Assembly (NCBI GenBank): GCA_030149475.1
Contig: JASBRL010000175.1
Span: 15,708 to 79,707, forward strand
From: Marinobacter sp.
Lineage (GTDB): Bacteria; Pseudomonadota; Gammaproteobacteria; Pseudomonadales; Oleiphilaceae
Direction of reading: 5' to 3'
Length of the DNA: 64,000 nucleotides
This document shows positions 35,285-46,051 of the stretch, in pieces (position 1 is the stretch's first letter; the number at the start of each line of letters is the position of its first letter). Under the pieces are notes generated by a model. It was not told the DNA's origin. It made no database searches and saw only the letters and a list, made by a program, of their open reading frames with translations. The translations under genes were made by a program, and so were the position numbers.

Positions 35285-35378
35285 AAAAAAACCGGAAACC
35301 CCTGATGGAAGCTCTGATCAAGTCTGTTGCTGAAACGCCAACAGACGTAACCAGAGCTTCCCCGGGTATTCCGGTTTT
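35285..35378 (-). terminator. Intrinsic terminator after hflC with an unusually large structured loop
   Basis: AAAACCGGAA (35288-35297) pairs with TTCCGGTTTT (35369-35378); 7-T run on the minus strand. Confidence 0.75.
35307..35361. mobile_element. 55-bp ends-only MITE derivative
   Basis: GGAAGCTCTGATCAAGTCTGTTG - 9 nt - CAACAGACGTAACCAGAGCTTCC (20/23 inverted repeat); near-identical to the termini of 53625-53890. Confidence 0.75.
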
Positions 35379-35401
35379 CGCGGTGACGAAGCCGAAGGGT
35401 T

Positions 35402-36274
35402 TTACTTGCCTTTCGGATCCTTCAGATAGCTCATGAAGTCACTGTCGCTGTCCAGGACCATCAGGTCGTCCTTGCTGGAGAAGGTGTTCTTATAAGCCTC
35501 CAGCGAACGATAGAACTTGTAGAACTCCTTGTCGCCGGAATAGGCATCGGCGTAAATCCTGGCAGCCTTGCCATCACCCTCACCCCGGGTTTCTTCCGCC
35601 TTGGCGAAAGCCTCTGCCAGAACCACCGTACGCTGGCGATCGGCGTCGGCGCGGATACCCTCGGCCGCTTCCTTACCACGAGAGCGGAATTCCTGGGCCA
35701 GCTTCTCACGCTCGGTGGACATACGCCGGAAGACGTTTTCGCTGACGGATTGCGGCAACTCGATGCCCTTGACCCGGATGTCGAGCACCTTGACACCGAA
35801 TTCACGGGTAGTCGCTTCATTGACGCGGTCCCGGAGCGTGTGCATCAACTGGTCCCGCTGTCCTGACACCACTTCATGCATGGTCCGCACACCAAACTCG
35901 TCCCGCAGGCCATTATCCACCCGCGACGACAGCAGTGAACGGGCACGCAGTTCATCGCCGCCAGTGGCACGATAGAATTCGCCCACATCAGAAATCTGCC
36001 ACGCCAGGTAGGAATCCACGTCCAGCGGTTTCTTCTCAATGGTCAGGTACTGCTTTGACGGCAGATCTGTGGTCATGACACGCACATCAAACTGACGAAC
36101 CTTGTCAATGACCGGCACCTTGAAGTGCAGTCCGGCCCGGATATCTGTCTTGATGGCCTCGCCGAACCGCAGCAGAACACCCCGGTGGGTCTCGGGAATA
36201 ATGTAGACACTTGAAAGTACCAGCAGGACAACAATGAGGGTGCCTGCAAGACCCAGAATACCTTTAGGTCCCAT
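35402..36274 (-). CDS. hflC: FtsH modulator HflC
   Basis: N-terminal TM plus SPFH domain; FYKFYRSLEAY. Confidence 0.96.
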   Translation of the reverse strand: MGPKGILGLAGTLIVVLLVLSSVYIIPETHRGVLLRFGEAIKTDIRAGLHFKVPVIDKVRQFDVRVMTTDLPSKQYLTIEKKPLDVDSYLAWQISDVGEFYRATGGDELRARSLLSSRVDNGLRDEFGVRTMHEVVSGQRDQLMHTLRDRVNEATTREFGVKVLDIRVKGIELPQSVSENVFRRMSTEREKLAQEFRSRGKEAAEGIRADADRQRTVVLAEAFAKAEETRGEGDGKAARIYADAYSGDKEFYKFYRSLEAYKNTFSSKDDLMVLDSDSDFMSYLKDPKGK

Positions 36275-36276
36275 GA

Positions 36277-37464
36277 TTATCTCCCCCTCCGGGTACCAGA
36301 TTCCTGACGACTGCGCAGTTCCTTGAGGACCTGATCGGTCAACGACCCGATATCGTCACTGTTGCCACCCGAGCCACTGTTACTGCTGCCACTCTTGGCG
36401 GCAGCTGAACCGGAACGCTTGAGCAGGTTATCCAACGGCAACAGCATCATGTTATTGCCCTTGGTGTCCACCAGCACCTTGCTGGTACTGGACAGCACCG
36501 TCTCCAGAGCGCCCAGGTACATGCGCTCACGGGTAACCTCCGGCGCGGTTCGATACACGCCCAGCAATTGGGTAAAGCGGGCCGTTTCGCCTTTCGCTCG
36601 CTCGATCACCTGCTGCTTGTAGGCCTCGGACTCCTCGGTCAGGCGTTGAGCCTTACCGCGGGCCTCAGGAACCACCTTGTTGCGGTAGGTTTCCGCTTCT
36701 TCCTTGAGGCGCTGCTCGTCTTCACGGGCTCGCTGTACTTCCCGGAACGAATCCTGCACGGCTTGCGGCGGTTGCGTACTCTCGACGTTGACCCGGACAA
36801 TTTCCAGACCGGTGCCGTAGTCTTCCAGGAACCCCTGCAGGCGCTGCTCTACCCGGACCGCCAGTTCGGCTCGGCCTTCTGTCAGCACCTGATCCATGGT
36901 GGAACTCCCGACTTCATGGCGCAGCGCACTGTCGGTGGCAAACGCCAGGGCTTCGTTGGAATCCCTCACGTTGAGCACATAATCACGCGCACTCTTGACC
37001 CGGTACTGCACCTGCAGATCAACGGATACCAGATTTTCATCCTCGGTCAACATCTGACCACGGGACTCCGCTGTGCGCACGTTGGTCACTCGGACCTTGG
37101 TCACGTCGTCAATCAGCGGCACCTTGAACCGCAGACCCGGGCTCTCGGTCTTGCTGTACTCACCAAAACGCAGCAGGACCGCCCGCTCCTGTTCGTCGAC
37201 CGTATAAAACGACTGGAACACAATATAGCCTGCAAAAAGAATAGCGACGATGGCCAGGACCGCCCCGAAATTGCCCTTGCCGCCACCTTCGGAGCCATTG
37301 CCGCCAGAACCGGAGCGATTGCCTTTGCCTCCCAGAAGTTTATTGAGCTTGTCGAGCCCTTTTTTCAGAGCTTCGTCCAGATCAGGTGGTCCCTGGTCCT
37401 TGCCACCGCCGGTGCCCCAGGGGTCATTGTCGTTGCGGTTTCCACCCGGTTCGTTCCAGGCCAT
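36277..37464 (-). CDS. hflK: FtsH modulator HflK
   Basis: MAWNEPGG...DPW...QGPPDLDE N-terminus, SPFH domain, APEVTRERMY. Confidence 0.97.
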   Translation of the reverse strand: MAWNEPGGNRNDNDPWGTGGGKDQGPPDLDEALKKGLDKLNKLLGGKGNRSGSGGNGSEGGGKGNFGAVLAIVAILFAGYIVFQSFYTVDEQERAVLLRFGEYSKTESPGLRFKVPLIDDVTKVRVTNVRTAESRGQMLTEDENLVSVDLQVQYRVKSARDYVLNVRDSNEALAFATDSALRHEVGSSTMDQVLTEGRAELAVRVEQRLQGFLEDYGTGLEIVRVNVESTQPPQAVQDSFREVQRAREDEQRLKEEAETYRNKVVPEARGKAQRLTEESEAYKQQVIERAKGETARFTQLLGVYRTAPEVTRERMYLGALETVLSSTSKVLVDTKGNNMMLLPLDNLLKRSGSAAAKSGSSNSGSGGNSDDIGSLTDQVLKELRSRQESGTRRGR

Positions 37465-37595
37465 AACTCTCTCCGTTCTATACGTGTCGAATGGCTGCAA
37501 ATAGTAGGGATTTATACGGTCCCCGGCAATAGCAAACATGACGAATAACCGGTAGCTGGCTAAGCAACGGCCGCAATGGTCGGTGAAATAAATCG

Positions 37596-38897
37596 CTATG
37601 CCGGAGCCTGCGCAAACTCTATTTGTTCGGCTTGCATGCCCGCCCGGCTGAGTAACTGGTACCAGTCCCGGCTTTGCAGGCGCAACTCCAGCACCGAGTC
37701 ACCGCTGTCCCGATGATTTTCGCTGACAACCGAGCCAGCCTGATGAAGCAGGGCACGGAGCTTGCCGTCCCTGGGACCGAGAACAACAAAGAGATGCAGC
37801 ACATCCTCCCCCACCCGTTCGACGATAGCGTCGAACAGCTCGGGGATGCCCGCGCCGGTGACGGCCGAAACCCAGACCCGAACCGGCTCACCGTCCTCAT
37901 TGCGCTCAACCCTGGGTGAAAAGTCGTCCAGCAGATCTATTTTGTTGAAGATCTGTAACACAGGCACCTCATCCGCGCCGATCTCGAGCAGTACGTTTTC
38001 AACCTGCCCGATATTTTCATCCCGACGGTCATCGTGGCAGTCCACCACATGTAACAGCAACGCAGCCTGGGTGGTCTCTTCCAGGGTCGCGCGAAAGGCT
38101 TCGACCAGCTTGTGCGGCAGATGGCGGATAAAGCCCACCGTGTCGGCTATGACCACCGGTCCGATATCCGGCAGCTCCAGGCGCCGTAACGTCGGGTCGA
38201 GCGTCGCGAAAAGCTGGTCTGCCGCATAGACCGATGCGGTGGTGATATGGTTGAACAGGGTCGATTTGCCAGCATTGGTATAGCCCACCAGCGACACGGT
38301 TGGAATATCGGCGCGCATTCGTGCACGCCGTCCCTGGTTACGCTGCCGGCGAACCTTGTCGAGCCGGGCATGAATGGCTTTGATACGGGCACGCAACAGT
38401 CGCCGGTCCGTCTCAAGCTGGGTTTCGCCGGGACCGCGCAGGCCGATACCGCCCTTCTGTCGTTCCAGGTGCGTCCACCCCCGCACCAGACGTGTAGACA
38501 TATGCTCCAGTTGCGCCAGTTCGACCTGGAGCTTGCCTTCGTGGGTACGGGCGCGCTGAGCGAAAATATCCAGTATCACGCCCGTGCGGTCCAGCACCCG
38601 GCACTTCATTTCCCGCTCCAGATTTCGTTCCTGACTCGGACTCAGGGCGTGATTGAAAAGCACCACGTCCGCCTCGTGACCGGCCACAGCGTCCCGTATT
38701 TCGTCGAGCTTTCCCTCTCCCACAAACAAACGGGGGCTGGGTTGATTCCGTTTACCGGTCACCACGCCAACTGTTTCCACACCGGCTGAGGCTACAAGTT
38801 CACGAAATTCACCAAGATCTTCCGCTTCTTCGCCACGGGAGGAAAACTCGATGTGGACAAGGATGGCCCGTTCACCAACGTCGGGACGCTCAAACAA
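37596..38897 (-). CDS. hflX: Ribosome-splitting GTPase
   Basis: RGWTHLERQKGG, GPGETQLETDRR, GYTNAGKS, DTVGF, NKID; TTG start inferred. Confidence 0.97.
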   Translation of the reverse strand: MFERPDVGERAILVHIEFSSRGEEAEDLGEFRELVASAGVETVGVVTGKRNQPSPRLFVGEGKLDEIRDAVAGHEADVVLFNHALSPSQERNLEREMKCRVLDRTGVILDIFAQRARTHEGKLQVELAQLEHMSTRLVRGWTHLERQKGGIGLRGPGETQLETDRRLLRARIKAIHARLDKVRRQRNQGRRARMRADIPTVSLVGYTNAGKSTLFNHITTASVYAADQLFATLDPTLRRLELPDIGPVVIADTVGFIRHLPHKLVEAFRATLEETTQAALLLHVVDCHDDRRDENIGQVENVLLEIGADEVPVLQIFNKIDLLDDFSPRVERNEDGEPVRVWVSAVTGAGIPELFDAIVERVGEDVLHLFVVLGPRDGKLRALLHQAGSVVSENHRDSGDSVLELRLQSRDWYQLLSRAGMQAEQIEFAQAPA

Positions 38898-39039
38898 GAG
38901 GCAAGCACTCCAGAACAAGCTGCATGATTGTGATGTTTCAAAACGCACAGACCCGCGTTCCCTGAATGCCGCCTGTTCCGGCCTCAGGGTTCACGGGTGT
39001 CTGTTTTTCAGAGACTGAGACTATCCGACAGCCGTTCGA

Positions 39040-39291
39040 TCAGTCTTCAGACTCGCCTTCACCAGCGGTCGGTTGCTGGGGAATGCGGACATTACGCGCC
39101 GGCACAACCGTTGAAATGGCGTGTTTATAGACCATCTGGCTCACAGTATTCTTGAGCAGGACAACAAACTGATCGAACGACTCGACCTGCCCCTGCAGCT
39201 TGATACCGTTGACGAGGAAAATGGAAACCGGGATGCGCTCCTTGCGCAGTGCATTAAGGTAAGGGTCTTGTAGAGAGTGCCCTTTTGACAT
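39040..39291 (-). CDS. hfq: RNA chaperone Hfq
   Basis: [34 protein letters not shown]...[10 protein letters not shown]. Confidence 0.99.
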   Translation of the reverse strand: MSKGHSLQDPYLNALRKERIPVSIFLVNGIKLQGQVESFDQFVVLLKNTVSQMVYKHAISTVVPARNVRIPQQPTAGEGESED

Positions 39292-39532
39292 GTGTATTCT
39301 CCTGTTGTGAGTGCAGATCGTCATGAGTAAAGGTTCAGGGGCGGCTGGCATCAATCGACACATCAACCCGCTGCGCGAACGCAAGCCTGTCACCAAGTCA
39401 GGCAAAACCACCGGTCGGTCAGTTTGCCAGAGAGTTACCAGCCAACACCGTTCAGGCGGCTGACGCAGGCAATCCAGCGGATTGTACCCTGCGCCTGAAT
39501 ACCCACCTGCGGATGCAGTGGCCCGGCTATCT

Positions 39533-40543
39533 CTAATCCAATGTGGTGCGAGATTCAATAATTTTCAAGGCGTCGGCGACCTTTTGCTCCGACTCTGTTC
39601 CCAGCCAGTGAACATCGGGCCACTTCCGAAGCCAGGTCAACTGCCGTTTGGCCAGCTGGCGCGTGGCGGCAATGCCTTTGTCAATCAGTGCCGGCCGGTC
39701 AATCCGACCCTCCAGGTATGCCCATGCCTGGCGATAGCCTACACAACGCATTGATGGCATATCAGGCGTCAGGTCAGCGCGAGCTCTCAGCATCCTGACT
39801 TCATCGATAAAGCCCTGATTCATCATCTGAAGAAACCGGGCACGGATCCGGGCATGCAATTCTGCTCGCTCGGCCGGAGCGATTGCCAACTGCACAACAG
39901 TATACGGAAGCTCACCGCGTTCGTCTGCCTGCCAGCGTGTAAAATAGGGGTAATCCTCAATGCTGCCCGCGTGAGTGTCGGACCGGCCCTGCTCACGCCA
40001 GAGCCGCGAAATGGACTGGCCTGACAGCCGGATCACTTCAAGGGCACGGATCAGGCGCTGGTGATTGTTTGGGTGGATCAACCGGGCCGCCTGCGGATCC
40101 AGCGCCTGCAATTGCTGATGGAGCGCATCCCAGCCGTGTAAATGCACCTCGCGAAGAAGTTGCTGACGCATGGCGTCGTCGGCCGAGGGCAAATCGGACA
40201 GCCCGTGCAACAGCGCCTTGAAGTACATCATGGTGCCGCCTACCAGCAGCGGAATCCGTCCGGCAGCCTGTATGCCTGCCATTTCAGCCAGCGCATCCCG
40301 ACGGAAATTCGCTGCCGAATAGCGCTCAGCCGGATCGCAGATATCAATCAGCCGATGAGGGGCCCGAGCCAGCTCTTCCGCGGTAGGCTTGGCGGTGCCA
40401 ATATCCATACCCCGGTAAATCATGGCTGAATCAACACTGATCAGATCGCAGGGCAAGCGTTCACAAAGCGCCATGGCGAGATCGGTCTTGCCGGACGCAG
40501 TCGGTCCCATCAGGAAAATGGCGGGAGGCGATGGCTTGGGCAT
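39533..40543 (-). CDS. miaA: tRNA dimethylallyltransferase
   Basis: [43 protein letters not shown]. Confidence 0.97.
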   Translation of the reverse strand: MPKPSPPAIFLMGPTASGKTDLAMALCERLPCDLISVDSAMIYRGMDIGTAKPTAEELARAPHRLIDICDPAERYSAANFRRDALAEMAGIQAAGRIPLLVGGTMMYFKALLHGLSDLPSADDAMRQQLLREVHLHGWDALHQQLQALDPQAARLIHPNNHQRLIRALEVIRLSGQSISRLWREQGRSDTHAGSIEDYPYFTRWQADERGELPYTVVQLAIAPAERAELHARIRARFLQMMNQGFIDEVRMLRARADLTPDMPSMRCVGYRQAWAYLEGRIDRPALIDKGIAATRQLAKRQLTWLRKWPDVHWLGTESEQKVADALKIIESRTTLD

Positions 40544-42429
40544 CAGCGCCCTCTCAGAAACAGCTTGTCCAGTTCCGGCAGCGTCATCACGGTCCAGGTC
40601 GGCCGTCCGTGATTGCACTGTCCGCTGCGCTCGGTGGCTTCCATATCTCTCAACAACGCATTCATCTCCGGAATCGTTAGCTGGCGGTTCGCTCTGACCG
40701 ACCCATGACAGGCCATGGTACCCAACAGTTCGTGGGTCAGGGCCTCCACCCGGTCACTCTGCCCGTTCTGGATAAGATCAGCGAGCACATCTCGTACCAG
40801 TTGCTCGGTATCAGCGCCGCGCAGTAACGCCGGCACTTGGCGGATCACGATGGTTTCCGGGCCGATCCGCTCCACTGTCAGCCCCACCTGCTGGAGTTCG
40901 CTCGCATGGCTCTCGGCCAGGGCGGCCTCCTTGTCGCTGACCGCCATTGACAATGGCACCAGCAATGGCTGGCTTTTGAGATCCTGGGCTTCCAGCGCCC
41001 GTTTCATTCGCTCGTAGGTAATCCGTTCATGGGCCGCGTGCATGTCGACAACCACCAGCCCCTGAAGACTCTGGGACAGTATGTAGATGCCATGCAACTG
41101 GGCAATGGCGTATCCCAGCGGCGGCTGCCCACCAGCGTCAACCGGCGGGGTCGGCTCAGTCATCGGGTAACGGCCGGGATCCACCGGGCCGGCCGCATCG
41201 GGTCCTCCACCGTGACCCAGTGACTGGTACAGCGCCATCTGGTCCTGCGCCTGCCAGGTTTTTTGACCGGCTGCGTCGCCCTGAAACCCGATCGACCGGG
41301 TATACCCATTTGATGACACAGCAGCCGGGGAACCCCCAGGCGCAGGCGCGCTCGCCATCACTGGCGCTCCGTGACCGTCGCTGCGACCGACTGACTGGGC
41401 AACAGCGCCGCGAAAATGGTCGTCGGGTCGCACATCCGCCAGCGCCTTATGAAGGGTGCGGAATATAAAATCATGAACCAGGCGACCGTCGCGAAACCGC
41501 ACTTCGTGTTTGGTCGGGTGCACATTGACGTCAACCGACGCCGGATCAACCTCAAGGTAGAGCACAAAGGCCGGATGGCGATTGTTGTAGAGCACATCGC
41601 GATACGCCTGGCGCACCGCGTGGGCCACCAGCCGATCCCGGATAACACGGCCATTGACAAAAAAATACTGGAGGTCTGCCTGGCTGCGGGAAAACGTCGG
41701 CAACGCCACCCATCCCCATAACCGCAGCCCGGTTGCTTCGGCATCGATGACCACAGCATTGTCAACGAAGGTCTGGCCGCACAGTGACCCGATGCGACGC
41801 TCACGATCCAGAACATTTTCGGCAGGGCGCAAACTCTGCACGACTTTCTGGTTGTGACGCAGGGTAAACCCGGTGTCGAACCGGCTCAGGGCCTGTCGAC
41901 GCAGGCACTCGTCAACGTGATTGAATTCAGTTTTCTCCGTACGCAGGAACTTCCGTCGTGCCGGCGTGTTAAAAAACAGGTCCCGCACCTCCACCGTCGT
42001 GCCCACCGGATGCGCGGCCGGAGACACACGGGCGTCCATGTCACGGCCTTCGACCTCAACCCTGGAAGCCGCTTCCTGCGTTTCGATGCGGGAGGTCAGG
42101 GCCAACCGTGATACCGAACTTATACTGGCCAGTGCCTCCCCCCGGAACCCGAGGGACGCGACGGCCTCCAGATCGTCCAGATCGGCAATTTTGCTGGTGG
42201 CGTGCCGGCTCAGCGCTAACGGCAGATCATCTTCCGCGATGCCACTGCCGTCATCCCGTACCCGGATCAGCCTGGCGCCGCCCTGTTCGATGTCTACGTC
42301 AACGCGACGGGCTCCGGCATCCAGCGCGTTCTCGATCAGTTCCTTAACGACCGAGGCCGGGCGTTCGACCACCTCGCCGGCGGCAATCTGGTTAGCAAGT
42401 CTGGGCGACAGGAGCTTGATGGACGGCAT
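40543..42429 (-). CDS. mutL: DNA mismatch repair protein MutL
   Basis: [27 protein letters not shown]; endonuclease motif [12 protein letters not shown] and CNHGRP. Confidence 0.98.
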   Translation of the reverse strand: MPSIKLLSPRLANQIAAGEVVERPASVVKELIENALDAGARRVDVDIEQGGARLIRVRDDGSGIAEDDLPLALSRHATSKIADLDDLEAVASLGFRGEALASISSVSRLALTSRIETQEAASRVEVEGRDMDARVSPAAHPVGTTVEVRDLFFNTPARRKFLRTEKTEFNHVDECLRRQALSRFDTGFTLRHNQKVVQSLRPAENVLDRERRIGSLCGQTFVDNAVVIDAEATGLRLWGWVALPTFSRSQADLQYFFVNGRVIRDRLVAHAVRQAYRDVLYNNRHPAFVLYLEVDPASVDVNVHPTKHEVRFRDGRLVHDFIFRTLHKALADVRPDDHFRGAVAQSVGRSDGHGAPVMASAPAPGGSPAAVSSNGYTRSIGFQGDAAGQKTWQAQDQMALYQSLGHGGGPDAAGPVDPGRYPMTEPTPPVDAGGQPPLGYAIAQLHGIYILSQSLQGLVVVDMHAAHERITYERMKRALEAQDLKSQPLLVPLSMAVSDKEAALAESHASELQQVGLTVERIGPETIVIRQVPALLRGADTEQLVRDVLADLIQNGQSDRVEALTHELLGTMACHGSVRANRQLTIPEMNALLRDMEATERSGQCNHGRPTWTVMTLPELDKLFLRGR

Positions 42430-42509
42430 GATCGCAGCGGGACCTCCGGCAGATTGAATCAGGCGCACAATGTGCTGGCCTGCATGATATCAGAAGCAGG
42501 CGCGGACAA

Positions 42510-43874
42510 TCAGGAGGGAGGGATGCTCAGGGTCTGGCCGACCAGCACCCGATCATCGGTCAGATCATTCTGACGCATCAACTCGGTTACGGTGGTCTGG
42601 GTCTTGCGGGCCACTTCTGACAGCGTGTCACCCCGCTGCACGCGGTATTCCGACGGGCCTCCGGCTTTTTGACGCTTCTGATACGCCAGCAGCGTACCTG
42701 GCGGCGGCGTCGTGTCAAAGTAGGAGGCAATGCCATGAAATAACGCTCCGGCAATTTTACGCTGATAAGCGGGCGTCTTGAGATTGCGTTCTTCCGTGGG
42801 ATTGGAAATAAAACCCGCCTCAACCAGAATGGAGGGAATATCCGGTGACTTGAGCACGACGAACGCTGCCTGCTCCACACCCGACTTGTGCAGGTCCGTC
42901 ACCCGGTCCAGCTTGCGCAACACATAATCACCCACGCCGATACTCGCATTGATGCTCGCGGTCATGGACAGATCAAGCAGCACGCCCGCCAGCACATCAT
43001 TCTTGTCGTCCAGAGAGACGCCACCCACCCCGCCGATCAGATCCGAGCGGTTTTCCGAGCGGGCCAGCCAGCGTGCCGTTTCACTCGTCGCGCCACGCTG
43101 GGACAACGCAAACACCGACGCGCCACTGGGTTGCGGAGAACGAAACGCATCCGCATGAATCGACACAAAGAGGTCGGCATTGTACTTGCGTGCCAACACT
43201 GTTCTGCCACGCAGATCAATGTAGTAGTCGCCCGTCCTCGTCAGCTTTGCCCGGTAGCCGGGCTGCCGGTCGATCAGATGTTTCAGACGACGCGCAATCG
43301 GCAGCACAATGTCTTTTTCATGAGTGCCGTCCGGGCCGGTTGCCCCGGGGTCTTCGCCACCATGCCCCGCATCGACCACCACAATCACATCCCGTTTACC
43401 GCTGTGATCTTCCGTAAGAACCGGCTCACTGGAGTCGGCAGCCCGGGCCCCGGATTCCGGGATCAGGTCCAGCACCAACCGGTTGCCGTACTCCTTGTTC
43501 GGCGGCAACTGGAAACTGCGAGGCTTGATGTCGTGCTTCAGGTCCAGCACCACGCGCAGGTCATCACCGTTACGGCGGGCGCTGCGGATACGACGTATCG
43601 GGCTGTTGCTGAGGTCGAGTCGGGACAGGTTGGCCTTCAGCGCCGTATGCTTGATGTCGATCACCAGCCGTGACGGGTTTTCCAGCGCAAAGATGTTGTG
43701 GTCAACCCCGGAACTGATATCAAACACCAGGCGGGTATGATCCGGAGCCGGCCAGATGCGGGCGCTCTCCACGACCGAGCCCGCCGCAGCCAGTGCCGGT
43801 ACCATCAGCAACCACAGGGTGCAGATCAGGGTCTTTACGTTTCCGTGTCGTGTCATCATGCCTGTGTCACTCAT
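42510..43874 (-). CDS. amiB: N-acetylmuramoyl-L-alanine amidase (AMIN + Amidase_3 + LysM)
   Basis: Signal peptide, DAGHGGEDPGA, FVSIHADA, ILVEAGFISN, C-terminal YRVQRGDTL LysM; exact start uncertain. Confidence 0.92.
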   Translation of the reverse strand: MSDTGMMTRHGNVKTLICTLWLLMVPALAAAGSVVESARIWPAPDHTRLVFDISSGVDHNIFALENPSRLVIDIKHTALKANLSRLDLSNSPIRRIRSARRNGDDLRVVLDLKHDIKPRSFQLPPNKEYGNRLVLDLIPESGARAADSSEPVLTEDHSGKRDVIVVVDAGHGGEDPGATGPDGTHEKDIVLPIARRLKHLIDRQPGYRAKLTRTGDYYIDLRGRTVLARKYNADLFVSIHADAFRSPQPSGASVFALSQRGATSETARWLARSENRSDLIGGVGGVSLDDKNDVLAGVLLDLSMTASINASIGVGDYVLRKLDRVTDLHKSGVEQAAFVVLKSPDIPSILVEAGFISNPTEERNLKTPAYQRKIAGALFHGIASYFDTTPPPGTLLAYQKRQKAGGPSEYRVQRGDTLSEVARKTQTTVTELMRQNDLTDDRVLVGQTLSIPPS

Positions 43875-43880
43875 CTGTCA

Positions 43881-44396
43881 TCATCGGTCAGAATGGGCCC
43901 TGACCAGGGAACCGAGCTCTCGTACCAGACGCTCTCCCCGACCCGAGTTGCCCGTCACATGGGCCTGACGCCCGGAACCCAGCTTGCTCAAGGTGAGTTG
44001 GAGGTCTGCCCCCGGCAGCACACCTGCGCCACGCTCAGGCCACTCAACCAGGCAGACATGTCCGCCCTGGAAATAATCCCGGATCCCCATAAACTCAAGC
44101 TCTTCGGGATGCCCCAGGCGGTACAGGTCAAAGTGGTACGCCGGCGGCACCAGATGCTCGTAGGGTTCGACCAGCGTGTAGGTTGGACTTTTAACGGCTC
44201 CCACATGGCCCAGCCCGCGGATCAGGCCCCGACTGAACGTTGTCTTGCCCATACCCAGCTCACCCTGCAGATAAAGCGTAACGCCGTCACCGGTGGCGAT
44301 AATCCAGTGCGCCAGATGTCGACCCAACTGCTCCGTTTCAGCCTCATCCGCCAGGACGATATCAATGACCGCCGGAGCCGTCTCATCACGGTTCAT
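43881..44396 (-). CDS. tsaE: tRNA t6A biosynthesis ATPase
   Basis: GELGMGKTT, VKSPTYTLVEPY, HFDLYRL, LVEWPE. Confidence 0.97.
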   Translation of the reverse strand: MNRDETAPAVIDIVLADEAETEQLGRHLAHWIIATGDGVTLYLQGELGMGKTTFSRGLIRGLGHVGAVKSPTYTLVEPYEHLVPPAYHFDLYRLGHPEELEFMGIRDYFQGGHVCLVEWPERGAGVLPGADLQLTLSKLGSGRQAHVTGNSGRGERLVRELGSLVRAHSDR

Positions 44397-45945
44397 ACCG
44401 GCGGCCTCCCATCATTCTTTCAGCACGCCCCAATAGCCGGGGAATGGTGTCGATGACATCCGTCGGCAGCAGGCCGCGCAAGCCGGTTCTGTCCGAGGCA
44501 GCATCAGCGCTGGCCAGGTGCAGGGACGACGCCAACAGCACGGCCTGCTCCATCGGATGTTCCTGGCCCAGCATGGCGCCGATCATACCGGACAGCACAT
44601 CGCCCATACCGCCGGTTGCCATCCCCGCGTTGGCTCCGGACAGAATCCGGGGCACCGCCCGGTCACCCTTGACCACTGTTCCGGCCCCTTTGAGCAGGAT
44701 GACACCCCCAAAGCGCTGATGAAGCGCGGCGGCGGCCGCCAGGCGATCCGACTCAACGTCAGAGGCTGTACACCCCAACAGGCGTGCCGCCTCACCGGGA
44801 TGCGGCGTCAACACCTGCGTGGCAGACCGGGCTGGAATCCGCTCAGCCATCAGGTTCAGCGCGTCGGCATCCAGCACTCGCGGCGTTTGCACCCCCAGCA
44901 CCTGCTGCAGCATCTGCTGGCCCCAGGCGCCGCGCCCCAGGCCGGGACCGCATACAACGGTGTCAGCGGAGGTGATCAGGCTGCCCAGTTCCGAGCCGTG
45001 GGTAACGCCCCGCACCATCAGCGAGGGACACCTGGCCAACGCCGGTGCCACATGCTCCGGCCGTGTTACCAGCGTCACCAGTCCGGCGCCACAGCGCGCC
45101 GCGGCCTCTGCCGCCAGCAAACCCGCGCCGCCAAAGCCGCGATCGCCACCCACGATCAGCACATGCCCGAACACACCCTTGTGCGCCGTCGCCGGGCGCC
45201 TCGACAAATGTGTACGAAGGCCCTCCCAGTCAAACCGATAGGCGGCGGGTGTCTGACCACTACCCGCCGCGGCCTCATGGTCCAGCAAGGGCTCAAATTC
45301 GATGTCACCGCAGTATTCGGGCCCCTGAGCTGAAAACAGTCCGGTCTTCAACGCGATGAATGTCACAGTCAGTACCGCCTGAACCGCAGGTCCGGCCACA
45401 ACACCGGTGCTGGCATCCAGTCCTGAGGGAACATCAATGGCCAATATCGGGCAACCGGCCTTATTGGCGGCATCAATCAGCTCATCGTAAGGGGCTCTGG
45501 GCGCGCCGGTAGCGCCTGTGCCCAACAGGGCATCAACGACCAGTCCTGCCATCTGGAAGGCCGACTGTCTCGCGGCCGCATCCAGCTCAGACCAGGTCTC
45601 TACCTGCACGCCATCGCTCACCGCTTTCTGCCACGCCTTACGGGCATCCCCGCCCAGCGTTTCGGGTTCACGAGCAGCAATTACCCGCACGGTCATGCCA
45701 TGACGGGCGGCGCTGGCTGCGACCAGATAACCGTCGCCACCGTTATTGCCCCGGCCACAAAGCACCAACACCGGCTGACAATGCGGCCACCTCTGCACCA
45801 GGTGTCGAAACGCAGCCGCCGCTGCATTTTGCATCAGCTCGAACCCGGAAACTCCCTGCTGGTCAATCAGATAGTGATCAATCGCCCGCACGGCATCGGC
45901 TGAATACAGTGAGTCTGGTAAGCTGTTACCATTGTCTGAGGACAT
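44386..45945 (-). CDS. nnr: Bifunctional NAD(P)H-hydrate repair enzyme (YjeF)
   Basis: GRGNNGGDG, DALLGTG, DVPSG, HKGVFG, LDADAL, TPHPGEA, GGMGDVLSG. Confidence 0.96.
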   Translation of the reverse strand: MSSDNGNSLPDSLYSADAVRAIDHYLIDQQGVSGFELMQNAAAAAFRHLVQRWPHCQPVLVLCGRGNNGGDGYLVAASAARHGMTVRVIAAREPETLGGDARKAWQKAVSDGVQVETWSELDAAARQSAFQMAGLVVDALLGTGATGAPRAPYDELIDAANKAGCPILAIDVPSGLDASTGVVAGPAVQAVLTVTFIALKTGLFSAQGPEYCGDIEFEPLLDHEAAAGSGQTPAAYRFDWEGLRTHLSRRPATAHKGVFGHVLIVGGDRGFGGAGLLAAEAAARCGAGLVTLVTRPEHVAPALARCPSLMVRGVTHGSELGSLITSADTVVCGPGLGRGAWGQQMLQQVLGVQTPRVLDADALNLMAERIPARSATQVLTPHPGEAARLLGCTASDVESDRLAAAAALHQRFGGVILLKGAGTVVKGDRAVPRILSGANAGMATGGMGDVLSGMIGAMLGQEHPMEQAVLLASSLHLASADAASDRTGLRGLLPTDVIDTIPRLLGRAERMMGGRRYEP

Positions 45946-46051
45946 AGAAATCACGGCCCTGCAACAGAATTCAGTTTAAGTATTATGGCCAGATATCTGT
46001 AAAGAGTAGCAAAAACAATCCAAAGGTCATAACTTAATCAGTGAAAATTTA

